From a virus (Duplodnaviria > Caudoviricetes): DNA of 64,000 nucleotides. Under the pieces are notes generated by a model that saw only the letters and a program-made list of their open reading frames with translations, ran no database searches and had not been told where the DNA came from. A program made the position numbers and the translations under genes. Positions 16,901 to 25,751 of this stretch are shown here, piece by piece. The stretch covers positions 2,905 through 66,904 of the IMG/VR virus record IMGVR_UViG_3300022173_000225, one strand, 5' to 3'. Every line of letters starts with the position of its first letter. Position 1 is the stretch's first letter.

Positions 16901-18916
16901 CCGGTCCAGGGTGGAGACCATCTGACCGAAAGAGCGGTAGCGTGCGTCCGTGAGCGACTGGCGCCGCGCAGTCTCGGCGGGGAGCTTCATGCCGGCGGCC
17001 TGCTCCAGATCCTTGCTCTTGATCTCGGAAGCGTCGGACTGCTTGGTCTTGGCGTCGGCTTCACGCGTGCGGTTGTCGTCACGCAGCGCGCGCAGTTCCT
17101 GCACGATCTCGGAGACCCGCTCCTTGTTCTGGCTGGCGCGCGCGATGTCCAGATCAGCCATCACCTGCGCTTCACTGCGCGCGGTGCCCGCTGTACCTGA
17201 CCCGACACGGGCCGTTTCCTGCGGCTCAGCGAACAGACGAGGCTGCTGCACGGCCTCACCGATGCCACCGGCGGCCTGCTTGATGCGGTCGATCTCGTAG
17301 TTGAAGTTGCCTTCGTCACGCTGTGCGTCGGCCTGTTCGGTGCTGTCGCGGAACATGTCCAGGGTGGAGTCGTCCCTACCCGTGCGCTGCGCGCGCAGCT
17401 GCTCATCCCGTCGAGCCAGTTCCTCTTTGGTCAGCTGGGTGAACGCGCGTTGGTTGTTGCCCTCAATGTCGATGCGGCGGGTCTTGCCCAAGTCCAGTGA
17501 ACCCTGCACGCCACCCAATGCTTCAAGCTGCTCGGCCAAACGTAGTGCTTTGGTGGTATCTCCGGCTTCATCGGCCTGCTCGATCTGCTTCTGCAGCTTG
17601 GCTGCGCGCCGGGCCGTTGCGTCGGTGTCCGGCAAGTCGAGCGCCTTGAGTTCCTGCTCGGCCAGTGATTTGGCTTGTCGCAGCTGGTCCATGAGGCGCT
17701 CGCGCTCGGTGCGCTCTGCCAGTGTGGCGCCGCCCTGGTTCGACTGGCGGATCTCGTCCATCCGGGCGTCCAGCTGCGGGATGGTGGCGCGCAAGAAGCC
17801 CGCGCGCTGCACAGGGTCCTCGGCTGCCTCAGGTGTCGGCTGCACGTCGGGCGTGTTCTCCATGCCGGGCAGGGAGCCCTGGGCCGCACCCGTGTCGGGC
17901 ATGACGGCGGCCGGCGCGTTGCGTTCGGCTTCGATCAACCCGGCTTCACGTTGCTGCGCGGCTTGCTGCTCGGCAGCGCGCTTCTTGGCTTCCTCTTCGT
18001 CGGCCATGCCCTGGCTCTTGCGGGCAGCCGCGCCGCGCTCGACAAACGTGCCAGCCGGCGACAACGTGCCTGCCATGATGGCGCCGCCGAAGAAGCTCTG
18101 CAGGTACTCGCCGCGGGCCTCGGGGTCTACAGTCGACAGGCCCGCCTGCGCGCGCTCCAGAACCTGCTGCATCGTCTCGGTGAGACCTTCGGCCGTCATG
18201 GCCTTGCCCGTGCGCTGCGCGTACTCCATCGCGATCTGCTTGGCGGTCTGCGCGGCCATCTCCTTGGCCGTCTCTGCAGTCACCTTCTGGCCGGCGGCTC
18301 CGAACAGCTTGCCGATGCCGGGGATGAAGCGAAAGCCGATGACGTCCAGTGCTGCCTGAGGCACAGCAGCCATGGCGGCGTTGGCGCCACTCGTGTCCTC
18401 GAGCGACGTCTTGTTGGCCTGCATGCTCCGGTCAAGGTTGGAGCCGAAGAACTGCGCGCCAGAGGCCAGACCTGCAAGGCCTGCACCGGCCAACGCCGGG
18501 GCACCGAACGCTGCTGCACCACCCGCCAGTGCCAGCGGGGCCACCATGTAGGGGGCCGAGCCACCCAGCAGTTCCTTGACGTTCTGCACCGGCGCTTCGA
18601 GGAAAGACTCCTCGGTGGGCTTGAAGATCTGCTGCGCGCGCTGCTGGCGCTCGGTGTTGAACTGCTCCGCCGCCTGCGTGTCCATGAGCCCGGCTTTGCC
18701 TGCGGCAAGGGCGCCCTGGCCGGCGAGGCGCTGCGCACCTGCCTTGAGTGCGGGCATGAAGCCGCCCTGCGGTTGCTCGCCGGGAGCCGGCGCTGCAGGT
18801 TCGATGCCGAAGGCCGTGGGGTACTCGCGCTGGGCGCGCTCCCACGCATCAGCTGGCTGCTCCCCCTCGCGTACGGTTACGAAAGATCCATCCGGCAGGG
18901 GGAGGTACTGGGCCAT
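10880..18916 (-). CDS. Large polyvalent/ejected virion protein (~2678 aa) with HExxH peptidase motif and LPD38-like C-terminus
   Basis: Start MAQYLPLPDG; long coiled-coil; VMHEFVHAAT (13841-13855); PFFNAQVQG, KVPIPFELG; last gene of late operon. Confidence 0.75.
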   Translation of the reverse strand: MAQYLPLPDGSFVTVREGEQPADAWERAQREYPTAFGIEPAAPAPGEQPQGGFMPALKAGAQRLAGQGALAAGKAGLMDTQAAEQFNTERQQRAQQIFKPTEESFLEAPVQNVKELLGGSAPYMVAPLALAGGAAAFGAPALAGAGLAGLASGAQFFGSNLDRSMQANKTSLEDTSGANAAMAAVPQAALDVIGFRFIPGIGKLFGAAGQKVTAETAKEMAAQTAKQIAMEYAQRTGKAMTAEGLTETMQQVLERAQAGLSTVDPEARGEYLQSFFGGAIMAGTLSPAGTFVERGAAARKSQGMADEEEAKKRAAEQQAAQQREAGLIEAERNAPAAVMPDTGAAQGSLPGMENTPDVQPTPEAAEDPVQRAGFLRATIPQLDARMDEIRQSNQGGATLAERTERERLMDQLRQAKSLAEQELKALDLPDTDATARRAAKLQKQIEQADEAGDTTKALRLAEQLEALGGVQGSLDLGKTRRIDIEGNNQRAFTQLTKEELARRDEQLRAQRTGRDDSTLDMFRDSTEQADAQRDEGNFNYEIDRIKQAAGGIGEAVQQPRLFAEPQETARVGSGTAGTARSEAQVMADLDIARASQNKERVSEIVQELRALRDDNRTREADAKTKQSDASEIKSKDLEQAAGMKLPAETARRQSLTDARYRSFGQMVSTLDRFNRGRADGAALKQAEQGVIDNLVREIDSITGSPMSTMERQSVMAEARDLLADLKNRFGDTRDEVNLGTRKEPQMEPVQRRGGDFRTDLPGEGAGPTGMGLENFETQDKGSRTFGNRYAAAQSILEGLDEIRNRRAGTQETGRGTDRTDSTRGQDERLATAQAQARGTAAEPLLQQVAESKVKTPALVDNAVEAAMRAQRGQDITEQQRAITDELGRLEQGKRSETEGGKTAVQPDMFGGTGVIFDSWTEFDDWLGSDALEAIKMAQGQTRETLSRAIKMVAPLQKKAADLQAQVEKLLVRRDALRALAGEEDAKSQKDVDDATAAVMEAQDVLDFATIEYSEALTAAQEKLQAAFDEDAVIAGQIADNLKQLNQAGQMQEREFTALRKAQTQMIDLSRKVADAKQKLAKYTPTLFSSSDPISRPKLAEFNRLEKQVADLEAQLVTASTRARAAHPSGLARADADGRALATFQQQARALSQQRAQQARRIGGLTSVRNRAQARLDAALAQLEVDPEFQSLRDNKSRADQILALAKDKRRGAEAGIDAVNAEATTLDREALRVGEPVPTLRQQAIERIREARGKLPGGKLETQLDRERKDGDRRRAEQETLSARQEGPGTRRESVSFEPRRLDQESLDEAGARMAVLEDILGRVPMNEEQRTQFDEAAVEYKARSEALEKKAQARLENVEGKLAAQRKRIEMLQRAQAEYDAADVDSPQRAKAQDRVARLMDQLQKQGQKLSKAWGIRREAIVSQAERLAQADTRSQSKRNADAASVESLTEGQTKRRTSSPAMRETRQTGGFRTGNAETAEQRAGSQRQRIVESQRPKERDTPVSRAEQMVANLEAKRIKDEAAAANKEAAALKKGTPPKRRKQVDDAQTVGQVLIRALEEKPRGPKSKVQSAIDDMEFDTDGYDDALLREDNAFYADRQTHDLSEEAAEAAFDGRTLDLLDDIAANGATPTLRAVAAAVRPFLLRTRTRTKDGLTIGGRRAEGALFPQRNEVVLDSMAMSQETVMHEFVHAATIRAISGDIPLNAEQQQALGDLQALYNRIKDTPEFSKEYARKDLLEFTAEIMTNPTVREKLDKYTAGSVPLLTRLYNGFLRLLGVNVPSTSTKAMVDTMRLFAPSRSFEYRHQGVPSIMRGVFPGTKPAFNADVPQDLQALATGTVGKNPSVKDKILANVAGFRAQFVDRFDPYEDLMRKGVAKGMITDLQAAQYSYFMRFGEQRNQFVEQAATNGVPQLRKTAEGDFVIETPEGQHPNLMKIAQALTKANVGNEQATEELFTTYLAVLRGEQVGFDKLNFDRPVTAEQAAEVKAFVAADPARKEAFESARQMYREYNNGLLDFLVQTGAMDKPQATALKKGDYVPYYRQDPSGVVNLIIAGETPVRIGNIKDQPYLKELVGGNDKILPFFTGAMQNTSMLIDMALRNKQTMELSNMLQTLGVGKIRKNTGPDNGTSVNFKVNGEQVHLNIEQAVEEWGVPAELLVKGLEGIKTTIPAALRAMQIPANLLRTMITRAPAYAIRQIIREPINAWLVSGGNFTPVVSSVKELSKIVQGKSAAADGLERAGAVSSNVITGDQQDQARILRDVAQGKSAWHKVMMAADKFAMQGDTATRAVLYDKFRKQGMTHMQSTLAALESMNFARKGLSPTMQMMSMLVPFFNAQVQGLDVIYRAAKGQTTFEKKLDVQRKLIQRGAMMMAGTLAYTAMMQDDDAYKNATPQERAQNWFLPLPGLDQPLKVPIPFELGFAFKALPEVMLNTAFGDTQTKDAAKAMGALAYNSLPIGMPQAIKPAIEVMANYSFYTGDSIEGRREQTVQKGERFRDNTTELAKILGKAEVLSPVQIDYLLRGYTGGLGLTLVGLSNFALRMANPSEALADGATKTANQLPLIGALFQPTDGRGVIDEAYKDIESWQQATQTYKRMIEQGRRADAQKFAQDFSMQIALNATGGAFRQQMGELAQVRRAILANKELTPDQKRDQVDRLRQVELTLARQIRDAQRRAGG

Positions 18917-18977
18917 AGCTGTGTGTGCTCCGTAGAAGCTGAAAAGCGCCGTCAAGCGGCGCTGTGATTATGCCCGG

Positions 18978-21530
18978 TCAGGGCCGGATTGTGGCCCCCT
19001 GTGGAGGGGCGCCGCCGCTGACTGGCGCCGGTGGGAACATGCGCGAGAACTCGCCGAAGGACATGGCCTTGGACCCCGGCGTCATGGGATCCGGCTTGAA
19101 GTTCTTCATGTAGTCCACGTACTCTGAACGTGGGTCGAAGGCGTTGCCCCGCGACTGCATGTTCTGGTACGTGCGCAGCAGGTTCGGATCCCGCGACAGG
19201 GCGTTGATGATCTCCAGTTGCGCGTTGCTGCGCCCGCCGGCCGAGATGCGGGCGTTCTTCTCGTCGGCCTTGATCTTGATCTCGGCGAGGTAGCGGTCCT
19301 GGGACATCTTGGCGGCGGCCGTGGTGAGCGGAATGCCGACGTCCTTGGCCAGGGCCACCTGCTCGCGAACTGCAGCGCCGGTGAGTCCGCGGATCTTCGA
19401 AGTGATGGCGCGGCGCTCGGTAGCGGTGGCGTTGGCTTCCTGGCGGCGCAGGTCGTCGATCTGGTCGAGCTTCTCCATCAGCGCCTCGCGCTTGGTCTCC
19501 AGCTTCTCGACGTCGCCACGGTACTGCGCCACACCCTTGCCTGCACCCTCGGCGATGGCAGCGAGCCCGCCCCGGCTGGGGTCGGCGGTGAGGATGGCCA
19601 GACCTGCCTGCAAGAAAGCCGCCTTGCGCGCGCGCTCCTCGGCGCCGGCCATGCCCGCCTGCTGTTCCTTGATGCGTGCCTCGCGGCCTTCACCGGCTTT
19701 GCCCCGGGCAGCGACGTCCTTTTCGAAGTCGGTTCGGTCGGCGTCTGCGGCCGCGCGGTCGGCGGCCTGGGCTTCCGTGAGACCCTTCTGCAGCGGCTCC
19801 ATGATGCCCTTGACGTCGAACGCCGGTGCGGCGGCCAGCCCAGCAGGTGCGCCAGAACGAGTGGTCGACGACGAGGCAGACGAGCGGGACCCGCCGGCCA
19901 GCACACCTTGACCATCGGCAGTGGGGCGGGGGAGCGCCTTGGGCAGGCCCTTCTCGTCCTCGACCATGACTCCAGCAGCATCGGACGGTGCCTCGACCAT
20001 CGGCATGCGACGGCCTTCGTTGCCCAGCCCGTATGCTTTGCTCTGCTCCAGGGTGGCGGCCTCTGCGTCGCCCTTGGCCACTTTGTCCTGCAGCGAGCCG
20101 GTGAGCCCCTTGCGGTCAGCCCAGTTGCCGATGTCAACGCCCATGGCGCGCAGGGCTTCCATGATGCCCATGCCCTCGTAGCCCGTGGTGCGCGGCAGCA
20201 GCGTGTCGCCGGCGCCTTCGTACTTGATCAGGCCGGGGTAGGTCTGGCCGCCGTCAGCGTAGCCCACGATGCCGCCATCCGCAAAGTCAACGTCCGGCGC
20301 GGCCGCAGCAATGCCGCCCTGCGTCATGGGGTCCATCTCCGCGGAGACTTCGTCCATCACGGTGCCCTGCGGGGCTTCGGCCGGAGCGCCGGCTTGGCGC
20401 ATGCGTGCACGTGCGTCCGTCTCCGACTTGGCCAGCGCCATGGAGAACAGGTCTTCGCTGTGCTGCTGCGCGAACTGCTGCAGCTGCTGGTCGGACATCG
20501 TGCGCAGACGCGCGGGCAGGGCCAGGGGCTCCACGGAGCCGCCAGCGGCGTAACCCACAATGCCGCCTTTGGCGTAGCGCACCGACCCACCACGGAAGAA
20601 CGCACCCGCCAGCGCGCCGAGACCGGCCAGATTCTGAAGCCCGCCTGCAGTCGGCTGCGAGGAGTACATGGTCCGGGTCGAACCCGAAGTGCCGCGCAGG
20701 ATGTCGGACAGGAAGCCCAGCTGCTGGTACGGGTAGTCGCGCTGCGCCTGGAAGTCGCCGTACTGGGTGTCAAGCTGCTTCTGCCCAAGCGCCTGTTGCT
20801 GCGCACCCATGTCACTTTGCAGACCCGTGATGTCCATCTGCTGGCCGAACTGCTGCTGGCCAAGCTGGCCGAGCGTCTGCGCCCCCGCGAGTCCGCGGTT
20901 CATCTCGTTGTTGAACTGGCCTTGGCCGGACTCGAAGGCGGCCTGCAGCCCCTTGGCCTGGATGTCACCTTGCTGCAGCGCGAGGTTGCGCCCCGCCTCG
21001 GCGTCCATGATGGCCTGACGGCTGCCGCCAAAGGCACCGGACTTGGTGAACTCGGCCGCGCGCTGGGTGCCCGCAATGCCTGCTTGACGCGACGCGTCGC
21101 GCTGCTGCGCCTCGACAACGCTCTGCATGTAGGGCGACATGTACGCGCCTGCAGTGCCAGGGTTTGTGAAGCTAGACGTGGCTGCGCCCGCCGCGAGCCC
21201 GGAGCCGAAACCGATCTGCCCGGCAACACCCTGGTTGGCCGCACTGGTCTGCGCCTGCTGCTGCAGCGGCGTGAACCCCTCGATGCGCTGCCCGGTGAAA
21301 GGCTGGTAGGGCGTGTTCGACAGCGCTTCGGACTTGCCGACCAAGTTCATGAACGGCTGCTGCGCGTACTCCGGGATGTTGGAGGTGTAGGTCGTCCCGG
21401 TGCTGGTCTGGTTCCCACCACCCCCACCGCCCTGCGGCTTGATCTTGCGGTCGCCGACGTGCTTGAACGCTTCCGGAGGAAGGTCCGGAATACCCAGCAG
21501 TGCCGCCTCTCGACTCCAACGTGTGTTCAT
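18978..21530 (-). CDS. Internal virion (DNA ejection) protein (850 aa)
   Basis: PYQPFTGQRIEGF, SGAFGGSRQ, Gln/Ala/Gly-rich; repeated YAxGG motifs; position after tail nozzle. Confidence 0.75.
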   Translation of the reverse strand: MNTRWSREAALLGIPDLPPEAFKHVGDRKIKPQGGGGGGNQTSTGTTYTSNIPEYAQQPFMNLVGKSEALSNTPYQPFTGQRIEGFTPLQQQAQTSAANQGVAGQIGFGSGLAAGAATSSFTNPGTAGAYMSPYMQSVVEAQQRDASRQAGIAGTQRAAEFTKSGAFGGSRQAIMDAEAGRNLALQQGDIQAKGLQAAFESGQGQFNNEMNRGLAGAQTLGQLGQQQFGQQMDITGLQSDMGAQQQALGQKQLDTQYGDFQAQRDYPYQQLGFLSDILRGTSGSTRTMYSSQPTAGGLQNLAGLGALAGAFFRGGSVRYAKGGIVGYAAGGSVEPLALPARLRTMSDQQLQQFAQQHSEDLFSMALAKSETDARARMRQAGAPAEAPQGTVMDEVSAEMDPMTQGGIAAAAPDVDFADGGIVGYADGGQTYPGLIKYEGAGDTLLPRTTGYEGMGIMEALRAMGVDIGNWADRKGLTGSLQDKVAKGDAEAATLEQSKAYGLGNEGRRMPMVEAPSDAAGVMVEDEKGLPKALPRPTADGQGVLAGGSRSSASSSTTRSGAPAGLAAAPAFDVKGIMEPLQKGLTEAQAADRAAADADRTDFEKDVAARGKAGEGREARIKEQQAGMAGAEERARKAAFLQAGLAILTADPSRGGLAAIAEGAGKGVAQYRGDVEKLETKREALMEKLDQIDDLRRQEANATATERRAITSKIRGLTGAAVREQVALAKDVGIPLTTAAAKMSQDRYLAEIKIKADEKNARISAGGRSNAQLEIINALSRDPNLLRTYQNMQSRGNAFDPRSEYVDYMKNFKPDPMTPGSKAMSFGEFSRMFPPAPVSGGAPPQGATIRP

Positions 21531-21934
21531 AGCTCGGTCCTCATGACGTGGTGGGTGTTTTCAAGACCCATTTTTTCGTACATCGGAACAAGCGACTTCC
21601 GGCACCAACACTGCGCTTTCGTGGCGCCATAGAGGCGCATCCATTTCTTGGCTTCTGCGAACACGTGCTCGCGCACGATGGCCTTGCCGCCCATGTGATC
21701 CACGTGGGCCACCCGCTCACGTGGATAGTCGATGAACTCCACCGTCACCGCGCCGGTGATGCCCTCGCCGGGCTCTTCCCAGACCAGCAGGTTGAGGCGC
21801 CCCGTGCGAACGAGGAACTCGATCTGCTCGAGCGTGATGCCTTGTGGCTCCGTCTCAGTGTACTTGGCAATGAGCGGGGCGGCCAACGGCCAAACCTGGG
21901 GGAGTTCATTGGGGTTGACGTGGTACAGCGGCAT
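21527..21934 (-). CDS. GNAT-like acetyltransferase of the podoviral virion module (135 aa)
   Basis: LPQVWP, GAVTVEFIDYP, AKKWMRLYGATKAQCWCR; typical position among ejection genes. Confidence 0.6.
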   Translation of the reverse strand: MPLYHVNPNELPQVWPLAAPLIAKYTETEPQGITLEQIEFLVRTGRLNLLVWEEPGEGITGAVTVEFIDYPRERVAHVDHMGGKAIVREHVFAEAKKWMRLYGATKAQCWCRKSLVPMYEKMGLENTHHVMRTEL

Positions 21935-21936
21935 GA

Positions 21937-23124
21937 TCAGGCCAGTGCTTTGCGGAGATCCACGGGACGTTGCTGCTGCGTCTTGCCGTGGGCCATGTGG
22001 CGCACGCGCTCCACCATGTCGTAGAGCTTCTTGGCGCCGCCGACGCGGGCAACAGTCTCAGGGGGCAGGTACGCTTCCTGACGCGCCACACGCGCCGGGG
22101 CGCGCCCGTCAATGCTGGCGGGGATGTCGTCGCTCATACCGTCACCGGGGCCGTCGATGGGCTGTGCGCCCAGGAGCGTGCCGAAGGCTTCGAGGCCTGC
22201 ACTGGAACTGCCATTGCCGGCCATGGACACCACGTCGGCCGGGATCACGAAGCCGCCCTCAGCCATCTGGACTTCACCACCAGAAGCGTAGCGTGCCAGC
22301 CCACCGGCAGCCATGCGCGGGGTGTACGAGGAGCTGAACCACTGGCGCTCGCTGGAGGGGTCGGTGCCCGTCATGGTGCCGCCGGTGTAGCCCGGGCTGT
22401 AGTCGTACTCCTGACCTTCGGCATTTGCCCAGTCTGGTTTTTCTTCGTCGCCCTGCTTGGGCATCATGGACTGATACAACATCGGAGCGGCTGCGAGGCC
22501 GGCGGCCTTGGCGGTTGGCATGGCGCCGCCCATGCCCTGCATGAAGGCCTTGGGGTCGTTGAAAGCTGCAGATGCACCCTGGGTCATCTGGTCAGTGACG
22601 CCTTGACCGAGGAACTGGTTTGTCCCGTCCGCTGCGGCTTGGCTCAGAAATGACTGCTGCGCGCCGGGTGCCGTGAGCACGCCGGCCCCGCCCATGGTGC
22701 TGTCAACGGCGACGTTCTGTGCCAGTTGCTGTGCAGCGGCTTCCTGGGCAGCAGTTTGGGCGACACCCGCTCCCGCACCCTGAATGCCTGCAGCCAGCTG
22801 CCCGCCGCCGTAACCACCCATGGCACCGAGGGCCGCGCCCATCAGCGGGTCGTCTTTGTTCGTGGCTGCGCCTGCCAGCCCGCCGACAATCATGCCGGAG
22901 CCGGGCACGATGAAGTTGGCGCCGATGCCAAGCAGGGTGGGGAGCATCGAGTCCAGAAACCCGGCCTCTAGCATGCCCGTCTTCGGGTTGCGCGTGAGCT
23001 TGCCGCCAGCGGCCTTGGCCAGCCCCTTGAGCGCGCCTACTTCGTTCTTGGTGAAGTGGACCAGTTCGGTGTCCTTGCCGCGGCCGGCGCTGCGGACATT
23101 TTCGGCTGCTTTTTTCAGGCTCAT
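21937..23124 (-). CDS. Internal virion protein (395 aa)
   Basis: GRGKDTELVH, TRNPKTGMLEA, hydrophobic Gly-rich segment, GPGDGMSDDIPA. Confidence 0.7.
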   Translation of the reverse strand: MSLKKAAENVRSAGRGKDTELVHFTKNEVGALKGLAKAAGGKLTRNPKTGMLEAGFLDSMLPTLLGIGANFIVPGSGMIVGGLAGAATNKDDPLMGAALGAMGGYGGGQLAAGIQGAGAGVAQTAAQEAAAQQLAQNVAVDSTMGGAGVLTAPGAQQSFLSQAAADGTNQFLGQGVTDQMTQGASAAFNDPKAFMQGMGGAMPTAKAAGLAAAPMLYQSMMPKQGDEEKPDWANAEGQEYDYSPGYTGGTMTGTDPSSERQWFSSSYTPRMAAGGLARYASGGEVQMAEGGFVIPADVVSMAGNGSSSAGLEAFGTLLGAQPIDGPGDGMSDDIPASIDGRAPARVARQEAYLPPETVARVGGAKKLYDMVERVRHMAHGKTQQQRPVDLRKALA

Positions 23125-23150
23125 GGTGTGTTCCTCAGGTTCCGCGCATT

Positions 23151-23399
23151 TTAGGTCTTGATCTTCAAAACGTCACCTGCTGTCGTGTCCCGGTAGACAT
23201 CCCCTGGGCGCAGGTCGGCGATGTCTGCTTCTGTGGGCAGGCGGTTGATGTTGATGTTGAGTCGCGTGACAGTCAGCGGCTGCTCGGCCGTGATCGCATC
23301 GAAGAACAACCGCAGCGTGCGCAGCAGGTCGTTCATGTAGAAACGCTGCCCTGCCTCGAAGGCAGTGGACGCATCGGGGAGTCGAGGTGGTTTGACCAT
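23151..23399 (-). CDS. Hypothetical tail-region protein (82 aa)
   Basis: Start MVKPPRLP overlaps upstream stop; LRPGDVYRD...LKIK. Confidence 0.6.
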   Translation of the reverse strand: MVKPPRLPDASTAFEAGQRFYMNDLLRTLRLFFDAITAEQPLTVTRLNININRLPTEADIADLRPGDVYRDTTAGDVLKIKT

Positions 23400-25258
23400 C
23401 AGCCGCGCCTCCCGGAAGGCTTCAAGTCCACCCGCGGCGAGCCCAGCTGCCACGCAACGCCGGGGTTCGTGGCCTCAACGCGCATGACCATCTGCCGCCC
23501 GCGCAGGCGGATGTTGATCTGCTCTGTGTACTGCTCGACAGGGACCGTGCTGCTGCGCACGACCGCCCGCGAAGACTCGCCACCGACCGACAGGGGGCTG
23601 CGGTACCCGGATCCAGAGTTGTTCGCCGGCAGCACCGTGAGCTCAACTTGCGGAGAGCCTGAGGTCGAGCGTGCGAACGTGATGTCCGGCAGCATGCGCG
23701 TCACGAGGGCGAAGCGGTCCCCGTCGTCGATGTCGACAGGTGCAGACTCCAGCCAGGAGTTCAGCGCCACCGTGGTGCCGTCCGAGTCATCAACGCCGAC
23801 CTCGTGGTCGAGCAGCGTGTTCTCGTAGGCCGCGATGGGGTTACCCCGCAGGCGGCTGTCCAGCCACGCGGTGCGCGTCATGACGCCGGGGTACCAGATG
23901 TCCTGCTCATAGTTGTAGACGACGTAGCGGTCTGGCTCCAGGCTGCCGGCCGACGGGAAGAACCACCACACCTCGCCGAAGCCTTCGTTGGTGCCGCAGT
24001 GGACTTGGTCCGTCTGCTCGAAGTTGAAGTCTGTGAACACGTCGCGAAGCAGGCTGCACTCCAGCGTCTGCACACGCCCGTCGTACTTGTAGAACTTGTC
24101 GCCGCCCATCCAGTAGGCCACGCCCTGCGCCAGGGTCACCGCCTGCGCGGACACGAGCGAGGTGTTCTCGCCCAGCAACTGGAAAGCCCAGATGGCGTCC
24201 GGCCCCACGTACTGCATCGAGTAGAGCGCCGTGTCGGTCCACAGCAAGATCTCTTGTCGGCTCTGGCGCCCGGTGATGAGCTTCGACCCGTTGGACAGAC
24301 GCTGCCCACCCGCTTGGTTGGTGATCGCAGGGGTCCAGTTGGTGTGGTCTTCCTGATCCGACCAGCGCACCAGCATCGGGTCGATGGTCACCGTGCCAAG
24401 CTCGTTCACCCCCAGCGCGATGACGAAGCGCGAGACGTCCGAGACCAAGAGGGCGTTGTGCACGACGGGCACGTCGCTGCCCGTGATAAGAGTACCCCGG
24501 TTTGCGCTGGTGAAGCCTGAACTAGCATCAAAGTAGTACAGTCCACCCCCGCGAGGGCCGAAGATTAGATCTTCTCCGTACACGGCGTTGTTCCAGATGC
24601 GCAGCGACTGCACACCGCCCGTGCCTGCCCCCCACGGCCCCTCCCCCCAGGGGCCGGCTCCCCATCCATCTGTAGCGCCGAACGTGACCAGCCCTGGCGT
24701 GACTTGGTACGCGCCAACAACGGCCGCGCCGCCGTTACCTGTGTCGGATGCGTTGGCCACCGCTGGCACCAGGATGGTGTATGTGTTGGTCGTGGGCACA
24801 TCGACGATCTGATGGTCGCTATTGAGGATAGCGGCCGTGATGTTACCGCCCAACGAGACGGCGCCGGTGAAGCCCACAAAAGACCCCGCGAGCGCGCCAT
24901 GCGCTGTGTCCGTCACCGTGATCGTGCTACTGCCGTTGGTGGCTGCGAATGTGACGTCGCCTGCGGCCGTGGTGGCACGCAAAGGAGTAATGTCAACGTA
25001 CTCATCTCCTCGAGAGATGTAGTACTTAAGGTTGGTGCCGATGCCGTAGAGCGTGATGCCACCGAGCGTGGCCCACTCGACCAGCGTGCGGCACGTGCCA
25101 AGAAAAGAAGCTGCTGCGAAGCGCTGCCACCCACCGATGCTCTCCGGGAAGCCTTTGCGAAACCGCACGCGATCGCAGTCGACCCATCCACCCTCGGCAC
25201 TGTAGGGGGTGATCTCTTTGTTGATCCCTGGGCGGAACTGGAGTTTTTTGAAAGGCAT
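23399..25258 (-). CDS. Tail nozzle / head-stabilisation protein (P22 gp10 / T7 gp12-like, 619 aa)
   Basis: FRPGIN, WVDCDRVRF, VRWSDQE, beta-propeller-like content, size and position. Confidence 0.8.
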   Translation of the reverse strand: MPFKKLQFRPGINKEITPYSAEGGWVDCDRVRFRKGFPESIGGWQRFAAASFLGTCRTLVEWATLGGITLYGIGTNLKYYISRGDEYVDITPLRATTAAGDVTFAATNGSSTITVTDTAHGALAGSFVGFTGAVSLGGNITAAILNSDHQIVDVPTTNTYTILVPAVANASDTGNGGAAVVGAYQVTPGLVTFGATDGWGAGPWGEGPWGAGTGGVQSLRIWNNAVYGEDLIFGPRGGGLYYFDASSGFTSANRGTLITGSDVPVVHNALLVSDVSRFVIALGVNELGTVTIDPMLVRWSDQEDHTNWTPAITNQAGGQRLSNGSKLITGRQSRQEILLWTDTALYSMQYVGPDAIWAFQLLGENTSLVSAQAVTLAQGVAYWMGGDKFYKYDGRVQTLECSLLRDVFTDFNFEQTDQVHCGTNEGFGEVWWFFPSAGSLEPDRYVVYNYEQDIWYPGVMTRTAWLDSRLRGNPIAAYENTLLDHEVGVDDSDGTTVALNSWLESAPVDIDDGDRFALVTRMLPDITFARSTSGSPQVELTVLPANNSGSGYRSPLSVGGESSRAVVRSSTVPVEQYTEQINIRLRGRQMVMRVEATNPGVAWQLGSPRVDLKPSGRRG

Positions 25259-25280
25259 GACACACCCGTAGTGTGGGCGG

Positions 25281-25505
25281 TCAGCAGTACCGACCCTTGC
25301 CCGGTTTCTTGACGGAGCCGCCGGCCTTCATGCCTGCTGCCTCGCGCGAGGCACGGTTCGCTTTGTTGCCCTCACCCATGGCCAGGGGGGTGCGCCGCTT
25401 GGCGCCAGCGGACATCGCAGTGGCTTCAGCCTCACCGCGCGGCGCAGAGGAGCGCTTGCCTTTGGCGTCGACGCTGACCTTGTTTCCAGCTTGCAGGATC
25501 TTCAT
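25281..25505 (-). CDS. Small basic protein with MKAGG motif (74 aa)
   Basis: Lys/Arg/Ala-rich; GMKAGGSV. Confidence 0.6.
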   Translation of the reverse strand: MKILQAGNKVSVDAKGKRSSAPRGEAEATAMSAGAKRRTPLAMGEGNKANRASREAAGMKAGGSVKKPGKGRYC

Positions 25506-25517
25506 GGTGGGCTCCAG

Positions 25518-25751
25518 TTACTTGCCCGATTTTACGGGGGCGTCTGCATCTGTGCCAAGCACAGCGGCGCGGCACTTGCGGTACTGTGCGGAGACCTCGA
25601 CCAGCTTGATGGTGGTGTCGCCGAAGGTGTCAGCGCCCCGGGGCAACGGGGTCAGCTTTGGGCAACTCGCCAGCACCAAGGGGCTCGGCCCCGCCAGTAA
25701 TGGCGCTGTTGAGGGCCCGCAGGCCGTCAGGAGTGTGCTTGCACTCAGCAT
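25518..25751 (-). CDS. o-spanin (Rz1-like lipoprotein)
   Basis: Lipobox LLTAC, Pro-rich, YRKCRAA; overlaps i-spanin in another frame. Confidence 0.75.
   Translation of the reverse strand: MLSASTLLTACGPSTAPLLAGPSPLVLASCPKLTPLPRGADTFGDTTIKLVEVSAQYRKCRAAVLGTDADAPVKSGK

Noticed and set aside
10866-21632. Long + strand ORFs (10866-12464, 12008-14458, 15401-17200, 17675-18967, 19218-21632)
   Set aside because: Antisense shadows of GC3-rich - strand genes; no RBS and no recognisable motifs. The same applies to 43865-45934 and 41370-42335.
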